The notes under the pieces were generated by a model that was given only the letters and a program-made list of their open reading frames with translations, did not search any database and was not told where the DNA came from. Position numbers and translations under genes: made by a program. A stretch of 64,000 nt of DNA from Enoplolaimus lenunculus (taxonomy: Eukaryota), in assembly GCA_030248215.1 (NCBI GenBank), contig JASANG010000424.1, forward strand, positions 310,001 through 374,000. Reading direction: 5' to 3'. Positions 47,586 through 62,259 of this stretch are shown one piece after another. Numbering within the stretch: position 1 is the first letter of the stretch; each line of letters starts with the position of its first letter.

Positions 47586-50500
47586 AAATCTTGGATCAAG
47601 TAAGAAAAAAATTCATGTGAGAAAGGGTTCGCACAAGGTGTCGCAAATTAAAGCAATGACGTCACAGCTATATTTCATTAATGTGGATCGGATCAATTTT
47701 AACCTATCCAATCAGCGGCCCATGTAAAGATCGGGGCGGAACGTTTTTCTGTGGGACTAGAAAGAGTAAGCTTAAGCTTTAGACTAATTGTTTTGCTTCG
47801 GCTTTAGGCTTAGGAATATGCTTTACATTGGCCACAATTTTTACACTTAATACGAAATTTTTTGTTTTTATGGACAAAAGCCATTTCGATCATGAATATC
47901 CACATGAGACTCTAGCAAGACGGCATTTCAACTCTCAGAAGCAAACAAACTTTATTCTCAGAAGGGGGTGGTGCCTCTTCGTCACCGCCTGGCAAATATC
48001 TCTCGCATTAAACCTCAGTAAATGAAATTCGTATGTATCAGACTAAATAAAACAGAAAAAAATTGCTCAAGTTTCAAAAAATCGAAATGTTAACAGCATA
48101 TTTCATGCGATTAAAAATCTTGTTTACCGTTCCAGTGTATACAAAGGTCTGACAAGTGCCTCAATGAAAATGCACGAAACAAATTAGTGGCTGTAAACAT
48201 TTTAGCAATTCCTTGGGGCTTAGAGTTAGCTTTAGACTATAGCTTTAGGAGTACCGGTTTGGTTCAAGGGCCCAGTTGCTTTTAGAGCCGTCCCGGTTTC
48301 TGGTGGGTCTGTAAAACTACAGGTTTACATTCTAGATCAACATTTTTTGTTTAGGTTTAGGCTTAGGCTTAGGCTTGGGCTTAGGAATATATACACTACA
48401 ATTAGGGTTAATTGACATTTATGGACTCTAGTGTTTAGGGACTTTATCCGCTTGCGGACTTTTATTAGGGATACGGACTCCAATTGATTCGGACTCAAAA
48501 TGGACACCCCCTCTTATTACCCCCCTCTTATTCGGGTCAATACAGTAGGCTTAGGCTTTTACTTAGGAGTACGCTTAATCTACTGTTACGGTCCTAAAAG
48601 TAACATTGCCCATAGATTACATTTTAAACGGCCGCTTTTAGGCTTATGCTTAGGTTTTAGGAACAGGCTTCGATTTAAGCTTAGATTACATCGTAAATGA
48701 ACCCTTTCGCTTGGGTTTAGGTTTGGCTTTTAAGAGCAGGTTTTGGTTTAAGCATAGATTGTATCTTAAATGACAATTGGGCTTAGGTTTATAGTATTAG
48801 GCTCCGGGAATAGGCGATGACTTAAGCGTAGGATTGAATCTTCGATTCATTATTTGAAATCTCCGCAACAGTATTCTCAAAATATCATTTGTAACAATTT
48901 AAACATTCGTAAAAATCAAACCAAACACTGTTGTAGTTATTTTAATATATTATATTGTACACGTAGATTTCAGTGAGTTGATTTTGACTCAGAATCAGTT
49001 GAATCAGTCTGAGTCTGTCAGGACTACCAGAACTCACAATTGTGTGGTTATACCACTCATTCTAGTATAATTCATCAACTCCCATGGAGTCAACTCAACT
49101 CATAGTGAGAATGAACTCATCTCAGACTGATTTAAAGTTTACTTTTATTAACTCAGAAATAACTAACTTTCCGTCAGAATTGATTAATTAACGCCCTGGA
49201 ATTTACAGTGATGTAAACGGTAGATATGGGCTCTGGCCTCTCGGTAAAACAAAAGGGACCCGGAAGGATCTCACTGGGTGCCTATTTGATCGTAGGTAGA
49301 GTCCAGTGATCAATACGAGGGGCATAATCCGGGATTGATGTTATAACCAGGACAGACGGTTTTACGGTTTGTCTCATGTTGATTCGACGTCATTCCAAAG
49401 TTACAACTAATATCTTGATATTTAGCGGGACAGTTTAATCTTCGAGTACTGATAAATTAATGGAAAGTCGGACGACAGAAACACAGATGTTCTTTAAAAT
49501 ACCAAATACAAGTCTGTAAACTCGTTTGCGACACAAAATCGCTTATATAAACAATGTCATAATTCAAAAATTAAAATTTCAAATTCTAGTATCATAAGAT
49601 ATTTATTTTGGGTGTATATGCAGACAAAATGTTACCTAACAGTCTAATAGAGACAACACATGTCCCAAGCTGTTGCGGTTATAATGTGAACCACGCTTAA
49701 TAAAGAGAATGTTGCCTCGGCTGTGCCGTATCCCCAAAATCCCAAATCGAAAAATGGCAAAGTCGACCATATCCTGAAATTCCAAAATTCTACTTTCCAT
49801 TATATCCCGAATTTCCAAAATCCTGCCTTCGGCCTACCCCAAAATTCCAAACTCCAAACTTCGACCATATCAAAAATACCAAAATCCTATACATTTGTGC
49901 ATATCCCCAAATCGTAAAACGCTGAATTCGACCATTTGCCGAAGTCTCGAAATCTAGAATCCTACCTTAGCCAATTGCCCGAAATTTCCAAATCACAAAA
50001 CACTATACTTTCGACGGCCATATTCCAAAACCCCACAATCCTATCTCAGAATTGCTTAATTTGTATCTCCGATCATATCCCGAAATCCCAAAATTCCATC
50101 GGCTACCCCTAGGGTACGACCGGAATTTCGGTTCCTTCATTTTTTCACATTCCAGTCCAAGTTCCGTTAAATTTTTACCGGAATTAAAACTCATCCGTTA
50201 GCATTAAATTTTGGTCGTTTTTTAAAATTTGCTAACCTTTAAGCTTTTTGAAGCCACTTGTTTAATTAGTGACAATAAAAATGACATAGATTTAATTAGT
50301 ATAGTACATAAACCTTGAGAATCACTGAAAATAAACCATCAAAATTTTATCTGTATACCGAAGCCGGCGCCGGAGCCGGAGGTCAACAAAACTTGCCGGA
50401 GTCGGAGCCGGAGGTCAACAAAACTTGCCGGAGTCGGAGCCGGAGGTGAAGCCGGAGCCGGATTTGAGGCGAAATTAGGTAGTAAAAATGATAGTTATAT

Positions 50501-52557
50501 AATTAGTTAATTTTAGCCAATATCTGCAATATGTTGTTAAGTTGTTTGCTTTTACGCTATTTCCTGCGAAATTTCGGAAATTTCTTCCTGAAAATTGTAA
50601 CAAACGTAAAACAAAACGCGCTAAACAGATTATTAATTTTGCAACATTATGCAAAATTTTACTACCGAAATTGCCGAAAGCTCCTGCAAAAGTTCCACCG
50701 GAGCCGGAGCCAGAACCGGAGACCGATTTTCTGCTGGATCCGGAGCCGCAGGCATACGTTCGGTTGCATCCTGGTGGATCTAGTGCGGCATTTTAGGGCC
50801 GCTTGAGCCTAAAGCATAGAGAGAATGGCAAACTATACGTAAAACAATACACATGTCAGCTTGTCACATCAAACTTTTTTGAAGATGAAGAAGCAAATCT
50901 GCTTTTACGGTTCGAACTCACAACGCAGTTTGCAGATCTTAAAACAGACGTTTCACCAATGATGAGCAGATATCCTTTAAAACTATTCGTTTCTAGAATA
51001 AGGGTGCCCATCCCGATAACGGTGGGGGGTCATTGCCCCCCCCCCACTTTTTAAGAATACAACTTGGTAGGCGTTCTTGACCCCCGCTTTTGAAACGCAA
51101 AGTAGGAAGTCGCCTTTAATAGTAGTACACAAAACGTCTGACAGTGTAGCGATGGGTATAGTTTTTCATATAAGGATATTCGTTATTTTTTACTTTCTTT
51201 TTTGGATATAGGAAACTCGATTTTGTGCTTTGGGTTTCGGAAACTCAATTTTTGTTTCTTTAGCACTTGTTTTTAACTTGTTGCTGTAAAGGTAGTATCT
51301 TGACCTAGAAGGTGAATGTTTGAGTGTAAAACATACATTTATAAAATCGTTGCAAAACCACATTGAAATACACTTTAGGCTCAATCGCCAACATCATACC
51401 ATGTATTTTTAGTAGTCCAAAATTTGTAAGCGATAGAAAAATTTTGTAATATAAAGGGTGGCACTATGCTTGTCGTGGAAAGTGTGAACATGTATATATT
51501 ACTGAATTGACCGCACTCCCCATTTTTGTGGGCAGATTTGCGCTCATACGAGGTTCACGTTATAAACGGGATAGCTTGGGACATGTTTTGTCCCTATTAG
51601 CCTATTGGGTTACATTTTTTCGGCTAATAGACCCCATATCGTATTCAAAAAATCGTATTTGTCTGCTATCAGCATGTGTCGGTCACCTTTTGTCCTTCAA
51701 TGAACACAGTGCAATATGTCTTTACGTCTTCGTTAGGGACTACCGGACTTTATAGAGGATCCGTAATAGAATGCGTTAAAAAGACGTCGGGCCTTACTCA
51801 GACCCGGACATTTTTTTGCAGTAGCGCGTGAGGTATAACGTGGATGTTCCATTAGTAGAATTTTGGAATATCATATCATATTCACATAAATGTCACTCAG
51901 TATCATATGACAAATGGCTATTTGTACACGATGATCGCTGGAGATCAATCGCGTTCTGTCTGCTGACCCGATATAAAAGAGCTTGAATTTTAACGTTGAC
52001 GTCGAATGAACATGGACAAACCGTGTCCCGCCTGCCACCGTTATAACTTGAACTCCGCATCAGGTTCCGGAAGCACCATTGATAAATCAAGCGCACCGCC
52101 GGAAAAAGTCGTAATATGACAGTGTCGTGCGAAACAATCGAAAAAATCAAATTAAATCCACGGTTTTGCGTTTTGAGAAACATTGTTCAACGCTCAGCAC
52201 ATGTTGAAATTATTTTATAAATGAAGAATAAGCAGTTAATTTGAGAGGTATGTTGCTCTCTTAGTGCCCAAATGGAGTGTTTTGTTTCAGTATATTTGTG
52301 TTCACATTGTGGAAAATCGGTAATTTTGTGAAGTTCTGAAGGTAGTCTTTTTCTTACCCAATAAAAGAATTAATTGTTTAGCTAGGTAGACTACAAAATT
52401 TATTTTGTTAAGTCGGCCATGTAAGTAGCAGGGATGCATAATACGCATAAGCCTAAATGCCCTAAACCTAAGCCTAACCTAGCCTATTTTAAAATGAACC
52501 TGATTCTAAGCATGAGTTTAGGTTTCCAAACTTTTCCAGTGTCTCGCAATGGGCAGA

Positions 52558-52925
52558 ATAAGCATGTGAAACATGCTTGTCCTGATGCATATGCAATGCG
52601 CATTGTATAGTATGCTTGCTGGTAGCATACGGTCGACACATATAGTCGACAACAAAAGTAGTTGGAGAGGCGGGCTACGTGGTGCAATAGTAGAGCGTTC
52701 GCTTTAGGATCCGTAGGCTGAGAGTTCGATCCCCCCTCAGAAGGCCTGCTTTTTCAGCTGCTTCGTTGAAAGGTCTGAGTCTTGTGTTACCTAGACTCAA
52801 ATTGGGGCTACGCCTTGAGGGCAATGGTAAATTGTCGCGCCATGTTCGCTTAAGAATCAGTAAGCTGAGAGTTTGATTCCCGCTCAGGAGTTCCCCTTTT
52901 CCAGCTGAATAGTTGAAAGGTCTGT
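52558..52925 (+). mobile_element. copy of the tRNA-headed repeat with a partial 3' duplication
   Basis: Same leader (agcatgtgaaacatgct, gtcgacacatatagtcgac) and A/B boxes; the B-box-to-gttgaaaggtctg segment is repeated at ~52865-52925. Confidence 0.7.
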
Positions 52926-53145
52926 TTATAACTCGTCCGAGACATGTGATGTTGTAAAAAATTAAACTGACAGTGAGTCAATACGTCGTTCTCCAGTGTT
53001 TTACATATATATTTATACGGAAACCACTGCCTTTACGTTGCAACCGCATTTATGCATTTAAAATAACGTCCTCGTTATTTACTAATATATTTAGCACATA
53101 CAGGTTAAATGTTTAACCAATCGATCTGGGTTGTCTTTTAAGAAA

Positions 53146-56100
53146 ATGTGTTCATCGGCTGAAAGTAGCTCGATGGAAATTGGTTGTGGAGCGAACGAAC
53201 GTTGTCTTAAAGAGCAGCTGGACAAGCATAGTACGTTAAAGTGTTTTTATTTTGGTATGAAAATTCGTCTGCACGTTGAGATTTATCATTAGTTTAATGT
53301 TTGTATATGGTTAGAATTACTTATAGCACTCTTTAAGCATGGTTGGGCGCTCGAGAGTAAGTTTGACTGCAGTGAAAAAGAACCGTGTTGTTGTTTCTTT
53401 ATTAGTTTTCACACTGTAGCTATTTTCTGCAAACAAAACTATATGGGTAAATTTTTGGTTGTTAGGTTCGCTTTTGAAGTCTTCCAACGTCGGCTACACA
53501 GCATTCAATAGCGATTCAAACGACGTTCAGAAAGCGTTGCTTGGATTTTTTAACACTGAAGAACTGCTGTTGGTTGAAAAGCAAAGCGTAAGCTTCTTTC
53601 AACAATGTTATAGGTACCGCTGTAAAATATTTTTTCACATGAATTCGTCTTACAAATAAATTTCAGTGAAAAGTTTCTGTATAATATTAGGGTTATGAAA
53701 TGCATAGTAGGTACAAAAACAGTATGTCTAAATATATACATATATACATATATCTACGTATGGAATATTAAAGTAAACTGTGTGGTTTTGTGCTCGCTTT
53801 CGCAACACCGTAACGACAGTGAGTAATATTTTAACGATGAAAAATAGCGAATTTATGTTTGCGTTTCTTCAGTCATGTGCCTGTAATCTGAAATCACATC
53901 AATCCAACTATGAACGCATATCTAAGTCAGTTGAGTCTTACGGGCCTACGATGAAGTCAAAGATGCAAACAGTATTGTTAAGCAACAAAAAATCTCAGGT
54001 CAGTCTTTGTAAAGGTAACGTAATATTTGTATATTTGTGCTTGTTTAATGGTTACAATTTTAACGCATAAAAATGGCTTGGTAATTAGGAATTACTACGA
54101 AGCACTGGCGTGGGAAGTGCCCCGGCCCAGACCGTTTCCTCGCAAAAAAATAGTGACATGGTGTGATGAAAAATTTACAATGGTTTGGAATCAGCATTAA
54201 ACAGTCGAGGAATCAGACTATAGTAGATAGGTCCCTCTGTCGGGCTTAATTTTTCCTCCTATCATATTTCTCCCCTTCCTAGTGCCGTATTTAACTCCGT
54301 GCTATATATTTTTCCTTTTGCCGTATCATCTTCCCTACCCCTTGGCCGATTAATCGGTATTGGCATCGGTAACAATCGGCACTTTTCGTGGGTATAGGCA
54401 TCGGCTCTGACAAAAAATTGCCAATTCTTTACCGATGCTTTTTGCACATAACAGTCAGTTAGAATGCTATCAATTTCACTTTTTGTCGCATATCAGGGTG
54501 TCTAATCAGGGAAACTTGTATCTCTCTTGCGTCTGTGTTTGAAAAAATTTAATACTGTGTTTGAAAAAATTTAATAGAAATGAACGTTCTAATAAAATTA
54601 TAATTAATTGTGGTGGTTAGGGTTTAAATCTTCGCATAATGATGCATTGTAGTACGTATATATCCTATCCGTTTACTGAGAATGGCGCACTAAAGTTGGA
54701 ATCAGCATCGGCATCAGTTTAGCATCTTAAAATTTCAAAATAAGAATCGGCATCTGCAAAAGTTTTGGCATCAGCACATCCCTAGACTTTTAGTTCTGGG
54801 AAAAACTATTTTGGGACCTTAAAAACACCAAACGTAATTTCGGATAGCCAGTTATAAAACATGTTAGATGATCATCATTTGTTTCAAGAGACTATTCTAT
54901 AATTGTGTTGTCATATCTAGTTGACGATTCAGTATCTGGGGTTGGTTCCTGTATTCCGTATTTCAACATAGGATCTTACCGTGCTCGAAAAAAGAGAAAA
55001 TATGACAAAGTGCCAGCACTTGGCTGCTTGTGCCAGCGCTAGTGCTGGGACATAAATCAAGTCATATTTTGCGAAAATCTGAGCCATAGTACAGTATGTA
55101 AGCTTTGTGTTTTGGAAATTCTAAAACCCTGGTCCTACCACTCCAAAATTTGTACGTGTACAGAGCAGACCCCTCCGAAATCAGTTCCTGCGTACACGCC
55201 TGCTACGAAGGTTTCACACATAAATTACACGAAATTTACAAACATACTCAGTGAACATAACAATTTACAAAAATGTCAAAATTTAATTACTGAAATTACC
55301 GGAACTAAATCCTGAAATTACCGGAACCTCAAGCATAATTCTGCCGGAGTCGGAGCCGGAGGTTGAATTTATGCCGTAGCGCCGTACCTTGGGTCAATGA
55401 GCAAATATATTTTTTCGGTTTCTGGTTCCGATTCCAGTTTTAAATATGTTGGCACTCAGAAGAAACATGTTTGTTATAGAATCGAATAAAGCAAGCTGGG
55501 ACTGTCTGGCATCAGTACCCAATAGTCAAATGTGGTAACACGTATAGTATATAGTTGAGGAACTGATAGATCTTCTGACGTTCGAGTCATGTAATGCTGG
55601 GCTTCGGAATTCAGCACAGCTTTCGTATTCGATCAGTTCCAATTATGAGTAGAGTTAAGCTGCTGCGTTTGCTTTTGCGAGCAATTTTTACTTACTAGTA
55701 GTAAGCTGTCCTACACACAGATGAGAATGCGAGTCCTGAAATGTATTTAGTTGATGCTTTTAGGAGCGTGACAAGCAAAAACTTTCACTGCTTGAACGAA
55801 GCATTGCTAACATTCGATGCTTGAAAAACATTTTAAAACGTGAACCACGTCAGCAGCATGCGTCCATCGATCATGATTTCGACCACGCTGCTCAAATTCG
55901 TGTACTTCGTGAATTTGCGCTGAAAATTATTAGGTACCAATCCAATGGTATGAATTCAGAACTGTTGTTCAGCGAGTTAAATTTAAACGAAATGACAGTG
56001 GAATCTGAAAACTCAAAAAACCTTCCAACATCAGCCGTCAACGATGATCTGCAACAACATGTCTCGTGTGGTGTTCTTAGTTCACGTTTGTTACATGATA

Positions 56101-59100
56101 ACTGTTATGTTGCTTCGCAAAAGTCTGAGTCAGACAGGCCCATGGCTGACCGTGATTCTGGTGGACGAACTACAGGATTGGCTCCCGAGTGTTTGGAAGT
56201 AACCGGCGAACGGATACCTGCGGTTTCGGATCAGGGTCGCGGCGTTGCTGGAAGCTTTCATTATAATTCTTCCCTAGGGAATTTGTCATTAACTACAGCC
56301 CAAGACGACAGTAGTGAAGGTGGGCGGTCAGTTTCATCGAATCGTGTTTCGCTAACGGGAGACGGAGGGTCAGGGGCGACGGACCGGGAACCTAAACCGG
56401 TGGCACGGTGTAGTAGTGGATATGAATTGGATGGCTTCGGTTTGTCAACGTCTTTGGATGGTACGAGACAGTCCCTTGAAACCAGGTCATGTAAGGCAAG
56501 CAGCGAAGTACAGCAGAACGACAGCGGGTCCTGTTCAACCGATTTTGATATTAGATCTGATGATATGAAGGCTGAAACGTCAGAAATGGACTATGATATG
56601 TCACCACCACCTGTGAAACGCGCACTCACCGAGCGAAGAGTGTCGCTTACCGGATCAGAGCAGACTGTTGAATTGAAATGCCATCATAATATTGGGCCGC
56701 TTGAAAATGATGGTAAGAACCTTTCTGCCGGCATGAATAGTGTCGCAGAAGACCACAGTAGTTATTTCATTGACTCTAATGTTAGTAAAATAAAAACAAG
56801 CTGTAATTCATCTAGTCTTTCGAATTGTGTGTCAAATACGCGTGATGTTTCTAGTGAAATTACGAAAGAATTATCACTGCCTCAACAGTTGTTGAAGGAC
56901 AATAATAACGGGCTTGCAGTAAATTTGGCCTCAAACATCAAGTCAAAGATTTACTCTGAGACGACAAGCATGGAAGAAATAGTAAAGAATAAAACAAAAT
57001 CTCACGAGAGTCCAAGTTCAAATTCAAAGTGCACGAGTGATCGTAGTGGCCTGAATGATAATAATACAACTTGTGAAACCAATTATGCTCATAAGTTAGC
57101 ATTAGAATTCAAACGTAATTGTCCAAATGTAGCTGATCAAACTACAGAAAGCGCTGCACTTGATTTCGGCACTGGCTGCACTGAGAATAGCCTAGATTCA
57201 AGTGTGGATAGTAATACCCAGTTGGAGATCAACGAATTCGAAAAATCAGCAAGTGAAGCATATGACGAAACTCCGTCAGAGTTTGATGTCGATAATGAAA
57301 TTTTAATTCCACGTTCGTATTCGCCACTTCGTGATTTTGATTTTTCTGATAAGGAGGACTGTGCTGTTGATGCTACCGGTCCCGGAAAAGTAGTGAGCGA
57401 GGGAAAATCAGAGCTCGTGAAGATCAATCTTACACCTGGAACGGTTTCCTGTCCAAGCCTACGTCCGTCTGCTCCTCATAGAGACTCATCAAACAAACCA
57501 AAGTCGGAAACAGTGAAGAACAACGATCATATTCGAAAAAATTCTAGTATGAATGTCGATCCGTCTACATCACGGTCTGGCCAAGTGTCTGTGTGCTCGC
57601 ATCAGGAAGAAATATTTGATGAAAGAATATTGCGGGGCTTGGACAAACGTCATTCTACTTGTGTCAATGCTCAAAAATATTTAAAATCAATCAAAACTGA
57701 AATTCAGTCTAGTCATCAGGAGGATACAGCTGCAGTTTTGGGTACTACTAGCGTTCAAAATAGAGCGTCGGACGATGACGTAGAAATAGTTTATAACTCG
57801 TATGGTGAGCCTAAAGTATATGAGTGTGTCACCATAGACGACGCTGACCTTGGGCCATCTACTGCCAGCGGTAGTAACGGATCGAGTCGTAAGAATCCTC
57901 AAGCTGGTCGCAATTGGGGACTTCAGATTGAACAAAGCCGCCGGTTTAGCCATGCCGCTAACTCGGTGCCTCCGCTTTGTGTGAATAGCTATTCACCGAA
58001 CCTTAGCGACTATTTAATTGATCATTTTCTATGCTACTTCGCTAAAGTACCTTTCAATCCAAAGCTGCCGTTGTCACGTGTGATTCAAAATTACCGGCCG
58101 GTGTCTCCTCAGGATTTCAGGTATCGTTTTCAGCCCAATCCTGGTCCGGTTATGGGGTTTGCAGGCCGTACAGTAAGGAGCTGCTGTGCTCCAAACGTTA
58201 TGCTCGAGTTACAGTTTCATTACCCGAAAGTTAGACGCTATTTTGGCTACGGAACCACTATCCATAATGCTGCAGCGTCTGCTGTCAGAGCTATACTAGC
58301 CGATTGGCGTGGTTTGAAGTCGATTAGCTCATATGCGGAATCTTTTGCTTCATACTGCCCGGAACAGCCTTATAGGATCACAGGGGTCGCGGAAGCGATT
58401 ATAGAATCGTACGAAAGGAATTGGAGAAGCTTTGCATCTTATCTAGGTGGAGCCTGTCCTCAACTGATGGCAATGAGGTCTGGCGCAGGTGGATGTCCGC
58501 ATCCGTACAACAAAGAAATGCCAGTAATTGATCATTTTGCAGAGTACGCGAAAGCTAGGCACCGGACTGGAACGTTAAAAGTGCAGATGTCGCCGGCGGT
58601 TAGTGGGCCTAGTGCTTATAACACTAAAATGAACGCCGGAAGCGTAAAGGCTGGACTGCAGAGTAAGCATTTTGGTGACTGGTCCGGGATTTCTTGTGAT
58701 AACCAGAGCAGCACTTTCTGTGATAATGATGGTTGTTTTGGTCAAAAGGATGATCCTTATGATCACAGAAAAGGTCCTTTTAAACACAGGGACCGTCCCT
58801 TTGATCATTGGGGCGATCCTTTCAATGACGAGGAAGATGCTCTGTATGCAGATAGTGCATTGACTCCGCCAGTGGTTGGATACGTTGATCTAGAACAGTT
58901 GATTGATGAATTTAATCGGCATCATTTTGATGCGAACGGCTATAGCGGATTTCATGTACTCAAGCAAGTTAAGCCTAATTTTTACGGACCTGCCGTTGAT
59001 GGGCATGAAGTTGTGCTAAAATGTACGCCAAATATGGTCGATAAGCAGCGGGTTGCTTTCAACGGCGAAGGACCGACGCTTAAAGAGGCGTTTCGCCGAG

Positions 59101-59168
59101 CGATACTTCAATTGTACTCCGATCATGAAGAAAAAAGCAAGTTTTTTATAAATACAGTATTTTTGTGA
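53146..59168 (+). CDS. large (~1245 aa) Ser/Asp-rich protein with degenerate dsRNA-binding-domain-like C-terminal motifs; exons 53146-53230, 53466-53587, 53873-53998, 55764-59168
   Basis: A 3.4-kb uninterrupted ORF preceded by ttttag at 55763, plus three phase-compatible upstream exons. C-terminal motifs YFGYGTTIHNAAASAVRAIL and FNGEGPTLKEAFRRAIL. The start codon and the family are uncertain. Confidence 0.75.
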
Positions 59169-60717
59169 ATACAGGAGGCTTTAAAATTAATTAAAAGTCA
59201 GCTGATTGCTGTAAAATCAGCGGTTCCCAAAATTTGTTGTAATTTTCGTGCAAAAGTGTATAACATAACTCTATATTAATTTGCAAAGAGCTTTATTGTT
59301 CAAGTAGAGAACATTTTAGTAAGCGTTCATAATTACTGGCAGGGTGCAAAGCTGATCTGGACTATACCGAAATCGGAATCGGAACAGCAAATTTTTTTTA
59401 CTCTGAGTCAGAAAATTTGAACTTTTGATTTATACGTTTGAACCAGTAAATCGGAGATCTTTTGACAGTCAGCATAGATTGAACACAGCTGTTCTGTTAG
59501 CTACAGTTTAAGTTTCAAAGCCAAATGCAAAGGACGAAACTTTAGATGAGGAAAAGGTTTTCTGCACCTGAACTGTTTGTTTGTATTGTAATAGGATAGG
59601 ATAGTAATAATATAATATGCTGATTCGATATGTATAGTGCTGTGTTTGTAATTTTTGACTTTGTGTAAATTTATATGCACTGTGTCGAGTTAAGATTTTT
59701 GTATTTTTCGACTTACCCGCAGTGGTTTTACTTAAATGGAGCGTGGGTATCGCAGCAAATTGGACTGATACGCGGAAATATTAATTTTATATTGGTTTTA
59801 GTCTTTAGACATCTTCTGCTACTTAAGTAGTAAATACTTTAGGCCCTTTATCATAAGAAGTCGTTACTATTTTTGATGTTTGTTGCTATCCTATAAGATT
59901 TTTCAACGTTTACTTAGGGTACTGTCTTTAGTATATACTAGTCTGCCAGTTGTGCGTAATGCACAACAATTTCCGTGCAAATTTTCTTTTCATAGAACAA
60001 TCACGTGTATTTCCTATGAAATTATTGTAGACAAAGTAATGCTGGAAAGTTGCCCAAAATACGTATGTGGGGGCGTTCCAGCTATAATATATCGATAAAA
60101 AGTTATCCGCATTGGAATATCGGTGGAGATTTAGTAACGATCTATACAGAATAGCTTGTAGTAATAATTCGAGAAAATCTGTATTATTAGGTGATAAAAT
60201 GATTTTGAGGCGTAAGTAGTTATTGTAAAATTTGTTCAGATGTAATCGTATTTCTGAACCAGATAAGATAGCTGAAATTTAATGCGCGTGTTCAGTTGCT
60301 TGTTCTGTCAATGCATATTCCGCCATTCTCTACAATGTACAGTTTCGTGGTTTGAGTACCCCGGCAGCACCCAACAACTGGTAATGGTGATAGAAGCCTC
60401 GGAAGCGAAGTAAGCAAGAACTCAAATAAGTGTGAATACCCGAAGCTTAAATTGAATTTTGTTTAAAATATTAAGAGCTTGTGTTATTTCAAGTTTGTTC
60501 AGCTAGAAATCGATACGTTTTACATTATATAGTGTGTACATATGTAATTTGTGGATAATTTTTGTTAAGTCCCTAGAGCAAAACGGGTATAATTCGTGCC
60601 AGAAATTTAGGCTAAAAATAAGAAATCCCTATCGAATGAGGGGATGATTTTTAACGGGGCTCAGCTAAAAAGTTGATACTTTATAAATTTATCACTGTAT
60701 TCTACTGCCATGTGGTT

Positions 60718-60778
60718 AGTTGTTTGTTTGTTTGTTTGTTTGTTTGTTTGTTTGTTTGTTTGTTTTTTGTTTGTTTGT
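60718..60778. repeat. (TTTG)n microsatellite
   Basis: Directly visible. Confidence 0.9.
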
Positions 60779-62259
60779 ATGTTCATTATGTGCTTATTTA
60801 AATTTAGGTTTAGGGTTATGTTTTGATTGCAAGAGGATAACGTTTTGAACGAACATTCATCCGGAATGTTTGTCACGATATTTTTGAGCATGCCAGTAAC
60901 TCGAGTTGGGCCATACGGCACTCAGCCTGCCTGGAAACAGTGACCCGCAAAATTTTTAGTCTCACTTGCATCGCATCTGGGTTCCGATATGCTCCTCTTG
61001 AAAAGTTTGGTGTCCTATGACGTTGAATTTTTCCGAATAATAGTGAATACTAGAAACCAGCGTGTACAAAGATATTAAAAATAACGAATATTGAGTAATG
61101 AAAATTTCAAAGATGTTTTATTTTTCTGCCAACACAATCGACGTATGCAAGTATTCATCGGGCTTTCTACAATTTCATACAAAAAATAAGGGATGCACTG
61201 AAGGTTTTAAGAGCTTGGATGGATTTGTAAATTTTTATATTTTATATAACTTCGAACAATTTTAGCATATCTGTAACCAGTTAACATGTTGCAATGATTT
61301 GCCACGCTGAAGTTTTAAGCGTAGAATGTTGTCCTGAAGCCAATCTATATTAGAAAAGACTATCCCAATATACATATACGCTACTGATCTCTAATATGCA
61401 TATCTGCATTTGTCTACTGTTGCACATATTATGCACTGAAATGCTCGAACGCTGCCAAAAATACGTATGTGGGGCGTTACAGTTTTAATATTTACATGAA
61501 AAATATGTGTGATGTATACGTGATTTATAATTAATTTTGAGCATACGAATAACAGAATTTCTGATATTTCTATAGCGAAACGAAAACTTATTTTTACCGG
61601 AAACAGATATCTGGTTACACCCTACTAGAAACGTATTCTTTACATTATTAAAATAGCAATTATCACCTAAATTTAAAGTATTCATGAGTGTCGATCACTG
61701 AACGGCGATTATATACGCCAACGCTAAAAATTACGCCTTTCTACAAATAATTTTCTTGTATTATAAATGGACTACATACACTGTAAAAAATGGTGAGACA
61801 AATTGACTCTCTCCGAAATAGGCCTTTCCGAACAACACAAACTGAGTCAATTTTGACTTTGACTGTGTCAAATTCGACTCACCCGAGTCGCTTAGTGAGT
61901 CGAATTTGACTCAGGTGGAGTCGAATTTGACTCAGTTTGTGTAGTCGCGAAAACGCTATTTCGGAGAGAGTCAATTTGACTTTATTAGCAATCTTTGCAG
62001 TGTATGCATTGTTGATTCGATAGAACAAATTTGACTTGAATGAATCTTTGTTTGTTCTTCGTGTACTTTTTGTTTTATGCAAGTGTGTGGTCACTGTGAC
62101 GTGATTAGTGTAAATGTGGAATTTTAAAGTAAAAATCGAGCACATCCTATCATTAAACGTGATTTTGCCTTTAATATATGTTGTGTTCAAATCAATGTGG
62201 ATGTTTTTTCGTTTGCTAATTGGTGCTCGAAATATATACTATGCTTATACTCAAGTTAA

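Noticed and set aside
49730..50110. ORFs in a ccaaaat/ttcgacc-rich stretch
   Set aside because: Degenerate tandem repeat, probably a transposon interior, with no protein-like features
57137..58863. Antisense and alternate-frame ORFs within the 3.4-kb exon
   Set aside because: Shadow ORFs of the long coding exon
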